Source of the DNA: Azolla caroliniana
Lineage: Eukaryota > Plantae > Polypodiophyta
Reading direction: 5' to 3'
Length of the DNA: 14,563 bases
NCBI GenBank assembly: GCA_043228905.1
Contig: JBHGNT010000858.1
Span: 1-14,563 of the forward strand
Part shown: in pieces, positions 1-9,905 of the stretch
How positions within the stretch are numbered: the first letter of the stretch is position 1
How the letters are laid out: every line of letters begins with the position of its first letter
The notes under the pieces: model-generated
Database searches by the model: none
The model's input: the letters and a program-made list of their open reading frames with translations, nothing else
Told to the model about the DNA's origin: nothing
Position numbers and translations under genes: made by a program

Positions 1-2181
1 GCAGATGTGCACATTGTCTCTCGAGAGCACCAAGGGCTGCATATGCACGAGAAAGTCGGGCACAAGCGGCCTCCTGTAAGGAGAACCTAGGTCCTGTAAA
101 TGTTACTCCTAGGTATGCGTAGGAGCGTGTTTATTCCACCTTTTCCTCTCCCAAGAATTCTGGTTCTGATCTTGTTACCCATGCTTGGGTGGTGTTAAAC
201 ACCATCACTTTAGTCTTATTCATGTTGATTGACAAACCTTTGTCTGTACAAAATAGTTTTAAGGCATTTAGATGTCTTTGTAGTCCCTCCGGAGAGTCAG
301 AAATCAGCACAATATCACAACATATAGTAATATTTGTATAGCTATACCTGCTAGGTGTGCTCCAAAACCCCCAAATCTCTCTATGTACTATGATACCTCA
401 TCTATATAGAGACCGAAGAGTGTGGGGAATAGTGGGCATCCTTGCTTCACGCCAATTGTGCTAGCCACCGCCGCTGACAAGCCCTTAGAAGACCGTACTT
501 TTCTTGACATAGATTCATAGAGTGCATAGATTCCTCATTTCATATCTATAGGAACACCAAGGGCTTCTAGCCACTGCATAAGCTGAGCACGTGGCACAGT
601 GTCAAAGGCTTTTCGGAAATCCACAAAGCAGCAATAAATCCTCTTATTGTGGGCTCGGCCCTCCTCAATAAGGGCCCGGAGGGTGAATATGTGATCCAAA
701 GTTGTGAACCCCTTCCGAAAGCCTGCTTGTCCAATTGAACGGCAGCCATTTTGCTCTGCCCATATACTCAATTCTGATTCTAGAATCGAGCCATATAGTT
801 TAGCCAAGTAATGGCCAATCATGATTGTCCTATAGTTGCTTGGCATCATGGGGTCTCCACTCTTGAGGATTGGCACAATGGTATGTTGAGTCCATCTAGT
901 AGGAAAACCTTCACACATGGCTCTATTAAAGATGTGTGCTAGCAATGGGAGCAAGGTGTCACGGGCATAGATTAAGTGCTCACCCACCAATCCATCATGA
1001 TCTTGGGCCTTCCCAAATTGTAGCCGATCAATGACGTTTCTTACATTTTATGGTGTAAAGAGGGTTGATTCATGTGGGCATGAGGCATTTGGGTGGGGAA
1101 GAGGGGGTTGCCCTGGGATATCATATAGAACCTTTGCATATTCCTGCCACACCTCAGGTGAGGTCAGTTGTGTGGTGGGTTGCCTCTCATTAAACATTTT
1201 CCAGGCTCGTTTACTCTCTTGTCCTAGAAACAAGCGATACAAATGATCTTCAAATTTAGCCAAATACAATCTCTTCTTCTTCCTCACGAGGCGTTGGAAG
1301 GTTGCTCTCGCTTGGTTGTGTGTATAAATGCCCTGAGTTACATCACGCTGCAAGCATTTCCTTGTATCACGACAATCCTCATCATACCAACTATTTTGTA
1401 TTACTCTACCGAGTTTGGGGGGATTGGCCGTTGTGTGAGGGAAGGCATTTGTGGTTGCTTTATGCAATGATTTGGATGAACCTTGGGAAAGTTCTTCAAG
1501 GGGTGCGAATGGATCCAAATCTAGCATGCCATCGTATACACCACAACTATACACATCAATTGTCTCGTGAGTGAATAGATACTTAGCCAGCCCACTCTCC
1601 TTAGCATATACATCCTTTGTGCATCCATCCATTACCTCAAAGTGTAGATATGCATGATCAGTTGCCAAGCCAATAGGTCTTCCCGATATAGTGAACACTT
1701 TTATTTCAGGTATAAGAGATGGAGATCCCATTAGATAATTGACTGTGCTGGCACCCCCTTTTGGGTTCCAACATGTCAAAGCATCTGATCCAGGCCATTG
1801 TGACAAGCCATTATATATCACAAATCCATGCGCGCTTCCCAAGGCTAGAAAGTGTTTTCCATATTCAGTTATAGCACTCATATCTTGAGCTTGTTGCTTT
1901 AGACCAACCTCTTCCACCATAACTTCTCCATAAACAGCCTCATTGGTGTTAAACATAGTTGTTTGTTCATCCTTGGTTCTTGCATTAAAATCTCCTAATA
2001 GTATTATGTCCCCCATAGTAGCAAATCTTATGATATCATCATATAGTGGTAGATATGGTGATTCACCTAGAGGTGCAAACCTTGAGTAGGCAGGTGGAAA
2101 GTAGCAAATTGCAATATATAACTCCCTAAGATCCCCTCTTTTTATATATACAAACAAATTTGCCTCATATATAATGCCCAA
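1..2181 (-). mobile_element. Degenerate non-LTR retrotransposon (LINE, RTE-like): APE endonuclease + reverse transcriptase; 5'-truncated, continues beyond the window start
   Basis: ORF 1048-2181 has APE motifs (IILLGDFNAR, STVNYL, TDH). ORF 535-990 is in the same frame after one TAA and has RT motifs (IVPILKSGD..SNYRTI, QAGFRKG.TTLDHIFTL, CFVDFRKAFDTV). Manual translation below 535 gives GVKQGCPLFPTLF, LLY[frameshift]DIVLIS, INMNKTKVM and YLGVTF. Confidence 0.93.
1..2181 (-). pseudogene. Disrupted LINE APE-RT polyprotein
   Basis: Stops at 1048-1050 (TAA), 535-537 (TGA), 388-390 (TAG) and 131-133 (TAA). There is a 1-nt deletion within the YADD codons at ~314-324. N-terminal APE motifs are absent upstream of ~2190. 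Confidence 0.88.
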
Positions 2182-3688
2182 GGATCTGTCTAAACTGATT
2201 CAAACACTGGATCCTTTATAAATATGGAAACCCTTAGAGAAAAGAGATCCACATGAGTGGCATTCATCTTGAGATATCTCACACATATGAGCGATACATT
2301 AGATGCATATCCTATATTTGATTTTGGTAAAAGCACACAATTATATTAATTGTATGTAAAATCCACTTGTTACAACACTTCTGAGTCTCCTCTACCTATC
2401 TATCCTATCCTATGTTGGGAGAGGGACGTTCTGTAATGCCACTAGAAAACCTGAATATGCATTTGAGGAAATGATCCCCACATGCTTTAACATCCAGAAA
2501 TTCCACATAAGAATACCTTTCTACTTCGTCATATAGGCTTCCACTCCATGTCTACTGTCAAACATGAAAGCATTATGCATATTCCAATTGTGTTGTAGTT
2601 CCCATTATCGTAAAAATTGGAACAATATCTCCATCTTGTCATTTGGACCATTTTGAACATATTATGAAAAAACCTATTGTTGAGGTCTCAGACATTTGGC
2701 AAGTTTTAACCCTTGAAACCTGTGTATGTTGGTATTCGGGGACTGTAGGGCATTGTGCTTACCCATTTTGTGTTGAGGTATCTATCCCATTCTGAGCTCA
2801 TTTAGTGGAAAGCCTGTCATCTGCCTTTGTACAAGTCCTGCTAGCTGGCTACTCTTCAAGAAAGACTATAAATCTACAAATCTCTCATAGAAACAGCCCC
2901 AAGCATCTCTGATCAAGTCCATGACTCAGGAGAATGGTCGGAATCCCTCCTTAAAGAGGCAATGGAAACATTCTTAGATCTCATAGGAAACTGTACTGTA
3001 GCTTCAGTAGTGTTCCTCAGATTGTCCTGTATGACATAATGAACATATCCTCTGCTTGGGAAACAGATGGACATCTATGTATCAAGGGTGTAGTGAAAAT
3101 TAACAGGCTTTCATCATCTCCACTTTCCTTATTAGATAGAATCAATTGGACCAAATTAGGGAACATTTTATTGTCGGAGACTGACGACAGCCTTTCATTG
3201 TACGGATTTGCATCATAATTCTGCAATTGAATATCTATCGAAATTCCAGTTGCTTCATTTAACCAAAACAGTGCCTCCATCTTCCAAACCGGTGGACGTT
3301 GCGGGTTCAAGTCCTGCCAATCCTGATGGTTGTTTTACCGAAACTGACTGATTCCACCTTATTGATTCAGTGATGACATCTCTATAAAAGATCAACAAGA
3401 TACACAAGAGTGTATCGGTCTCTTATTTGGGTTGAGCTGGATTTGAAGTGATACATAAGACTCACTGAACTTGTTTGGGGAAAAACATTCATGGTTGAAG
3501 AGTCCCCATTTCACATTGAAGAGAGTGAGCTAAGTCGTATGAAATTAGTGGTGTGGATGGTGGACAGAGGCATGGGCTCTTGCATATATGGGTGAGTGTC
3601 GTTTTCTGTTAAAAGATGGTTTTCTGGATTTGTGCAGCATATGTACTGTAAGTGAGCCTCTATCTCTCTCCCAAGCTGTGATACATAG

Positions 3689-3835
3689 GCATTCCAGAAA
3701 AAAAACATTCACTGAGGAATTTATTTGAGGTGTAATGTGTATTGCGATCTTCTAAACCATCAGCATTGCAGAAAAAACACAATTCACTGAGGAATTTATT
3801 TGAGGCGTAATGTGTATTGCGATCTTCTAAACCAT
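3689..3835. repeat. Two-copy tandem duplication, period ~75 bp
   Basis: The 54-bp core ATTCACTGAGGAATTTATTTGAGG(T/C)GTAATGTGTATTGCGATCTTCTAAACCAT occurs at 3707-3760 and 3782-3835 with one mismatch. Each copy is preceded by GCATT(C/G)CAGAAAAAA. Confidence 0.92.
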
Positions 3836-5932
3836 TTCTGCATATCATGCATCCACCTCGAACTGAAAATTTTGCCTGTCTTCTTCTTTTTCACTTGCTT
3901 CCCATGTTATTCTATTTTGAGAGAAAACTCATGTTTTATACACATTCCAGCAACTGTGTATATTCGTCCGTGGATTCAGAAAACCTTTAGAACCAAGAAA
4001 ACAAGTTGGGATTGCTATGTTGTGAAAGCATCCATGCAATTTTATACAGAAAGAAAGAGACACGTGTTCCGTACACGTTCCAGCAATTATGCATATTTTT
4101 ATGTGGATCCAAAAAGGTGTAAGAATCGAGAAAGGAAGTTGTGGTTGCAATGACATGAAAGCTTCTGAAGCACAAGCACTTGATGCAATGTAAATTATTG
4201 TAACTGAAAACTTAATGTTCTATGTGGCTCTAGGATTTGCCTTGGGCTAGAGTTAATTGTAAATTGTAAATGCTGCATGAGGCATTAACAATGTACTCAA
4301 TATAGATCTATTAAAAAAACAAGTTGAGATGTGAGAACTATTCCAATTTCTCTCAATATGTTGTAATAAACAATCAAAATGCATAGTTTCTTGCTATATT
4401 CTCAAATGATGTGATAGCACATATTCTTTGATTCAATGACCAAGTAAAATGTCTTTGAATACATCTCTTTATTAACTTTGAGTTGATCCTAGAATTTCAC
4501 TCCACATAGCTTGGATTCTAATAAGTAATATGCATACAAAGCAAGGGGCCGTAAGTCATAGGTAGTGGCATGTAATAACAAGTCTTATCCATGTTATCAA
4601 TAGCATGTAACACATGCACCTACTTGAATGTTTCAATGTGTTAATATTTATTACTAATATTGTCACCTATAATATCTGATATATAATCTTTAAAAGAGTG
4701 TAAACGTGGTATTTTGTAGTCTTCTTTTAGTTATATATCGTGGGTAAACAAAAATGTTATGTTTGGAAAGGTACAATCCATGTTTGGGTTACAGTGTTAG
4801 GGTGGCGTGTTACTAAAAAAAATTATAGGAAAAGTGAACTAGGACAATTGAACTCAATTTGCACGTTTCATATTGACATTGCACTCATAAGAACTCATGA
4901 GAATTCTATCCACTCAACGGAGTATTTAGATGCTAAATTTCCAATGTATTGTACAAGAGATAAACCAATGAAACAAGTATTTGAGTGGCAATCTATTGGA
5001 TGCTTCATAAATGTTGATTGGGAATCTTAAATATGGAGACAAATTGTCTCAAGGTATAGCTCTATGTTACATAGATAACAGATTGCTTTTCTTCTTTGTA
5101 AAAGAGTTGTATTGATGAGAATGCAATCTTCATTATACATGAACAAGGGTTTTACCCATAAGAGTTGTCCTAAGTATCCCATCATGTGTTCGTGCCACAA
5201 CTTGATCTTCATCTCCTTCTACCCCTTGGATCCTCTAGGAAGGGAAAACCCACTTTAATCAAAGAGAAGGAGCCCCTTTTTAACCAAATTCAGGGATTCT
5301 TTCAAGTCATATCAAGCAACAACAAACAATCTTTAAGGGATTATTTCATTCTTATCACTTTAAAACAACCCTTAGTATGTAATAATTTTATGACACATAA
5401 GCGATAATAGATTTTTTAGGAATGTTAAGTATTTGGACTATGAGATTTTCTAAAACCTTAGAATTAGAAACACGAGGTTCTTTTCCTTGAAGTAAATGTG
5501 AAAATAGAACATGACCACCATAAGGATGCTATGTCTACATATGAATTAGTTATACATGACAAAATTTATTTCCATATATGAGCTATTGCCTCTTCTATTG
5601 ATCAAGATCGAATGTATTGCATTCATAGGTGTTGTTAATTATGAGTTTGAACGTTAGTTTTGACAAGAGTTGACTATTCATAATTAGAAGTTCTTCATTA
5701 TGAATCATTGGTTCAATGGTCATCTATAAAATATTGCGTCGGCGAATGTCCATGAATCTAAGGTTGAATCCTCGCAATGCCAACTATTGACTAGCTCATC
5801 TATAACACTAATATCTAGGTCTCTTCCCAATGCTTGTATCTAACGACATCTTTTATCTTCTCAATATGAGTCTTTCACATACATACTATATGTACACAAT
5901 ACAACACACACACACTTCAATCTTTGCATCAG

Positions 5933-6038
5933 GACTATAACCACCGAACCCAAGTTTCTCAACAGCTTCGACAATAATGGTAAAGTCGAGAGCACCAACC
6001 AAACATCGACAGGCAATGGAAAATTTGGATTCTCATCG
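5933..6038 (+). other. Candidate upstream exon of the PPR gene
   Basis: Flanked by TCTTTGCATCAG (acceptor) and G|GTGAGC (donor). It is open (TITTEPKFLNSFDNNGKVESTNQTSTGNGKFGFSS) and ends in phase 0, matching the acceptor CCTGTTTCTTTGCAG| at 6325. No transcript evidence. Confidence 0.35.
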
Positions 6039-6210
6039 GTGAGCTCAAATAGAACTCATTGGGGCCAATTTTTTTTTTTTCATTACACTAGCTCTATGGG
6101 ATCACGAAAATATCTCGGATAATGTATGGTGGTTCTGGTTCCGATTATCGATGTCCATTGCACAGTTTATTGAGGATCGGAACGCGACCTCCGGAGTCTT
6201 GGAATCATTC

Positions 6211-6248
6211 ATATACATACATATACATATACATATATATATATATAT
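6211..6248. repeat. Imperfect (AT)n/(ATAC)n microsatellite
   Basis: ATATACATACATATACATATACATATATATATATATAT read directly from the sequence. Confidence 0.9.
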
Positions 6249-6295
6249 CCACACCTCTCCTTGGTACCATATCATACCATAGATACTGCTGAGAC

Positions 6296-8944
6296 ATGAT
6301 GACAGTACACCCTGTTTCTTTGCAGAATCATACCATGGAGGTTCAAAGAGATCTGCCTCATAAGAAGCAGATGCAGAAGAAGAAAGAGGAGAGCCTTCCT
6401 CACGACCCTAGCTCTTTGTTAGACTCATTAAAGCTTTGTGGGCAAAAGAAGGATCTACAGAAAGCCAGAGAACTGCATGGTAGACTTGTTCGCAATGAAA
6501 TGCTCACCAAGGATATCTACCTTAGTAATGCTGTGATTAGCATGTATGCCAAATGTGGTTCGATTTCAGAAGCTCGAAAAGTGTTTGATGAGCTCCCCAT
6601 CCGAAACGTGGTCACTTGGAATACTTTAATCACAGCATATATCCACCATGGATTAGCTCACAATGCGTTAGAATCCTTCAGACATATGAAAAGTGAAGGA
6701 TTCTCCCCAAATGCTGTCACTTTTATTTGCATTTTGAAAGCTTGTGGTAGAGTAGGATCTCTTGATGTAGGGGAAGAGATACATGCTAATGTTAGCAAAC
6801 AAGGGTTACTAGAAACAAATATTATTGTTGGAAATGCTTTGATAGACATGTATGCTAAATGTAATATGTTGGGAAAAGCGCAAAAAGTGTTTGATGAGAT
6901 TCCACTACATGATGTTGTAACCTATAATACATTAATCACAGGATATTCTCAACATGGACTTGGTAATGAAGCTTTGGCATGTTTTAGAAAGATGCAAGAT
7001 GAAGGCATATCTCCGGATATAGTTACTTTTGTATGCATTTTGAAAGCTTGTGGGCACATAGAATGTCTGGATATGGGAGAAGAGATATATGCTGAAGTCA
7101 AGAAACAAGGGTTATTGGAAAAAAATGTTGTTCTTGGAAATGCGCTGATGGATATGTATGCTAAGTGTGGAATGTTAGGTAAAGCTAGAAAAGTGTTTGA
7201 TGAGCTTCCTAAGCGGAATGTTGTATCGTGGAATGTGTTGATGGTACGGTATAGTCAATGTGGGCTTAGTGATGAAGCTTTGAATTGTTTCAAACAAATG
7301 AGAGATGAGGGCATCTCACCCAATGCCATAACATTTGCTTGTATTTTGAAAGCTTGTGGAAGCATAGGAGCGCTTGAGATAGGAGAAGAGATACATGCGG
7401 AGATCAGTGAAAGAAGATTATTGGGAAATGATATTGTGTTGGGTACTGCATTGGTGGACATGTATGCAAAATGTGCCCAGCTTGAAAAAGCACAAGATGT
7501 ATTTGATAAGCTTTCAGCAAGAGATGTTGCATCATGGTGTGCACTTATAGCTGGATATGCCCAATATGGGTTTGCTAATGAAGCGCTGAATTGCTTTAAC
7601 AAAATGAGAGGTGAGGGTTTTGTTCCAGATTCGGTCACCTTTATTTGTATTTTGAAAGCATGTAGCAGCATTAGATCCCTTGAGAGAGGAGAAGAGATAC
7701 ATGCTGAGGTTCGGAAGAAGGGGCTTTTGGAGCAAAATATTGTCCTTGGAAATGCATTGGTTGACATGTATGCCAAATGTGGTGCAATTCAAAAAGCACA
7801 AGAAGTATTTGATAAGCTTCCGAAACATGATATTGTATCTTGGAATTCATTGGTTGCAGGTTATGCTGAGCATGGTACAACTGATGAAACTTTGAATTGC
7901 TTCTTCAAGATGAAAAGTGCAGGTTTCTCTCCAGATGCAGTAACTTTTATTTGCATTTTAAAAGTTTGTGGTAGCATAGGGTGTCTTAAGATGGGCGAAG
8001 AAATACATACCGAGGTTCACAAGAAAGGATTACTAAAGAACAATACTGTTCTTGGCACTGCATTGATAGATATGTATACCAAGTGTAAAGTGTTTCACAA
8101 AGCACTAGAAGTCTTTAATGAACTCTCATGTCGGAATGTGTTATCATGGAATGCACTAATTTCAGGGTATGCCCAACATGGTCTTGGTGATGAAGCTCTG
8201 AAGTACTATAAACAGATGCAAGATGAAGGTTACTCTCCTGATGTAGTCACTTTTATTTGTGTTTTGAAGGCCTGTTGCAGCATAGGGTTTCTTGAGATAG
8301 GTGAAGAGATACATGCTAAGGTCAATATGGAAGGTTTATTGCAAAAAGATGTTGTGTTAGGCACTGCATTGGTAGACATGTATGCCAAGAGTGGTGTTAT
8401 TAGAAAAGCACAGGAAGTATTTGATAGTCTTCCAAATAGAAATGTTGTAACTTGGAATTCACTGCTAACTGGATATGCCCAGTTAGGTCAGGCCCAAAAG
8501 GTTATAATCCTACTCCACAAAATGCTCGTTGAAAATATTGTACCAGATCTAGTTACTTTTCTTGTTCTTCTAAATGCGTGCAATCATGGGGGTTTAGTAG
8601 AGGAGGGGCAAATTTTCTTTAGTGATATGACCCTCATCTACGGGCTCTGTCCAACTTATGAACACTGCAGTTGTATGGTTGACCTTCTTAGTCATGCAGG
8701 GCATTTTGACAAAGCCATGAGAGTAATTGAGAATGTGGTGTCTTCAGACCGTCTTCACCTTTATTTGGCTCTTTTAGGTGCTTGTCATAAATGTGTGAAT
8801 GTAGAGCTTGGAAAGTGGGCATTTGATCAATCAATACAGCTGGATGAGAAATGCTCTGCTGCATACATATGCATGAGAAATATATATGCAGCTGCTGGCA
8901 TGCATGAAGAAATGCTAAGTTTGAAGTTGGAGAGTTCAAGATAG
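6296..8944 (+). CDS. PLS-class pentatricopeptide repeat protein, E-subgroup (23 PPR motifs + E1 + shortened E2, no DYW); probable organellar RNA-editing factor. True start uncertain
   Basis: Uninterrupted 882-aa ORF. Repeating P (VVxWNxLIxGYxQHG...EGxSPD), L (VTFICILKAC...GLLEK) and S (VLGNALVDMYAKCG..KAxxVFD) motifs, then P2-L2-S2 (LLNACNHGGLVEEG; EHCSCMVDLLSHAG), E1 (LALLGAC...VELGKWAF) and E2 (SAAYICMRNIYAAAG). Confidence 0.96.
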   Translation: MMTVHPVSLQNHTMEVQRDLPHKKQMQKKKEESLPHDPSSLLDSLKLCGQKKDLQKARELHGRLVRNEMLTKDIYLSNAVISMYAKCGSISEARKVFDELPIRNVVTWNTLITAYIHHGLAHNALESFRHMKSEGFSPNAVTFICILKACGRVGSLDVGEEIHANVSKQGLLETNIIVGNALIDMYAKCNMLGKAQKVFDEIPLHDVVTYNTLITGYSQHGLGNEALACFRKMQDEGISPDIVTFVCILKACGHIECLDMGEEIYAEVKKQGLLEKNVVLGNALMDMYAKCGMLGKARKVFDELPKRNVVSWNVLMVRYSQCGLSDEALNCFKQMRDEGISPNAITFACILKACGSIGALEIGEEIHAEISERRLLGNDIVLGTALVDMYAKCAQLEKAQDVFDKLSARDVASWCALIAGYAQYGFANEALNCFNKMRGEGFVPDSVTFICILKACSSIRSLERGEEIHAEVRKKGLLEQNIVLGNALVDMYAKCGAIQKAQEVFDKLPKHDIVSWNSLVAGYAEHGTTDETLNCFFKMKSAGFSPDAVTFICILKVCGSIGCLKMGEEIHTEVHKKGLLKNNTVLGTALIDMYTKCKVFHKALEVFNELSCRNVLSWNALISGYAQHGLGDEALKYYKQMQDEGYSPDVVTFICVLKACCSIGFLEIGEEIHAKVNMEGLLQKDVVLGTALVDMYAKSGVIRKAQEVFDSLPNRNVVTWNSLLTGYAQLGQAQKVIILLHKMLVENIVPDLVTFLVLLNACNHGGLVEEGQIFFSDMTLIYGLCPTYEHCSCMVDLLSHAGHFDKAMRVIENVVSSDRLHLYLALLGACHKCVNVELGKWAFDQSIQLDEKCSAAYICMRNIYAAAGMHEEMLSLKLESSR
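6404..8440 (+). repeat. Intragenic 306-bp (102-aa) PLS triplet array
   Basis: The ATGTAT(G/A)C anchor of the MY(A/T)K motif recurs at 6542, 6848, 7154, 7460, 7766, 8072 and 8378, i.e. exactly every 306 bp. Confidence 0.95.
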
Positions 8945-9709
8945 ATCTAAGCATAATTTAAGCTGAGGTCTCAATGCCACATTAGATTATTATATATTTA
9001 AATGCTTGACCACCTTACATGGCAATCATTGGTCTGGCAGTTAGACTGAGATGAGGCGCAAGGCATTAACTCCAGGAAATCTGTTACTGGATATTATTCC
9101 TTTGGTTTAGGTGTTTTCAATTGGTGCAACACAAGAAACAAACAATAATGGAATTGTTGTCGACAATAAAGAACTTGTTCCACTACATTTGAAAGTACTA
9201 TGCCTATGAAGAACCTTGTGATCTCATGGGAGGGTTTGCCAAACGTTTGCTGCATACAAATATATTGAGGTCATTATGTTTATGATGTGATTGAGGCTAG
9301 GATATGGAATTGTATTGCCAATGGATATGTTGTGAACTGCCATTAAACCTAGAATACTTATTGGTCTTACTAAGGGTACCAGAAAAGAAAAGATCAAACT
9401 AGGGTTTAAGCTTAAAGCTAGGATCCACACATTTGTAAATAAATGCTTTTGTAAAGCATTGTAATGACAAATGAGGTAATAATTATAAGCATTAAGTATT
9501 CTTTTCTTAGGACATACATGAAGGTGAAAAGGCATACATGCATATTATTTGGACTAATGCGTGAGCACCAAATGATTGTATGATAACACCTCTTAGCATT
9601 GGGGTACCTATATGAACACTTCATTGGGAGATGTAAGTAAAAGCAAGAAAGCTTTCTAATAGTGTACTTTGAATTCAAATAGAAAAAAAGGGTTTTGTAT
9701 TTTTACCTT

Positions 9710-9905
9710 TATGAAAACAAGGAGGGTCATAAAGAAGGCAAAGATGAAGAGGATGAAAACAAAGAAAGGAAAACACACGAGTCCAAGAAAGGCGAAAAGA
9801 GATCTCAAGGTATAAATGAAGAAGAAACGAAGGAAGGAAAGAATATTGAAGATAGAAGATGAGGAAGAAAAGAAACAAGACAAATACAATGAAGAAAAGA
9901 AGGAA
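9710..9905 (+). repeat. Purine-rich (GAA/AAG) low-complexity tract, possibly a decayed Glu/Lys-rich coding remnant
   Basis: Strong A/G bias. It reads as E/K/D-rich peptide across one frameshift near 9851-9855. Confidence 0.6.

Noticed and set aside
1-1050. Bacterial RT system (retron, group II intron, DGR)
   Set aside because: The RT is fused in frame to an APE endonuclease, which is diagnostic of a LINE, and the neighbourhood is plant nuclear DNA.
3800-4175. Overlapping short ORFs (3800-4153 +, 3929-4156 -, 3987-4175 -)
   Set aside because: AT-rich composition and no recognisable domain; consistent with chance ORFs.
6122-6292. In-frame upstream ATG extending the PPR N-terminus
   Set aside because: Blocked by TGA at 6290-6292 and runs through the AT microsatellite. 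The GT at 6264 is phase-incompatible with the 6325 acceptor.
6658-8954. Antisense and alternate-frame ORFs overlapping the PPR gene (6658-6849, 7255-7776, 7532-7828, 7671-7880, 7680-7895, 8688-8954)
   Set aside because: Shadow ORFs of the repetitive PPR coding strand with no independent motifs.
8945-9300. DYW deaminase domain downstream of E2
   Set aside because: Immediate stops follow, and I saw no PG box, HxE or CxxC motif on the plus strand.
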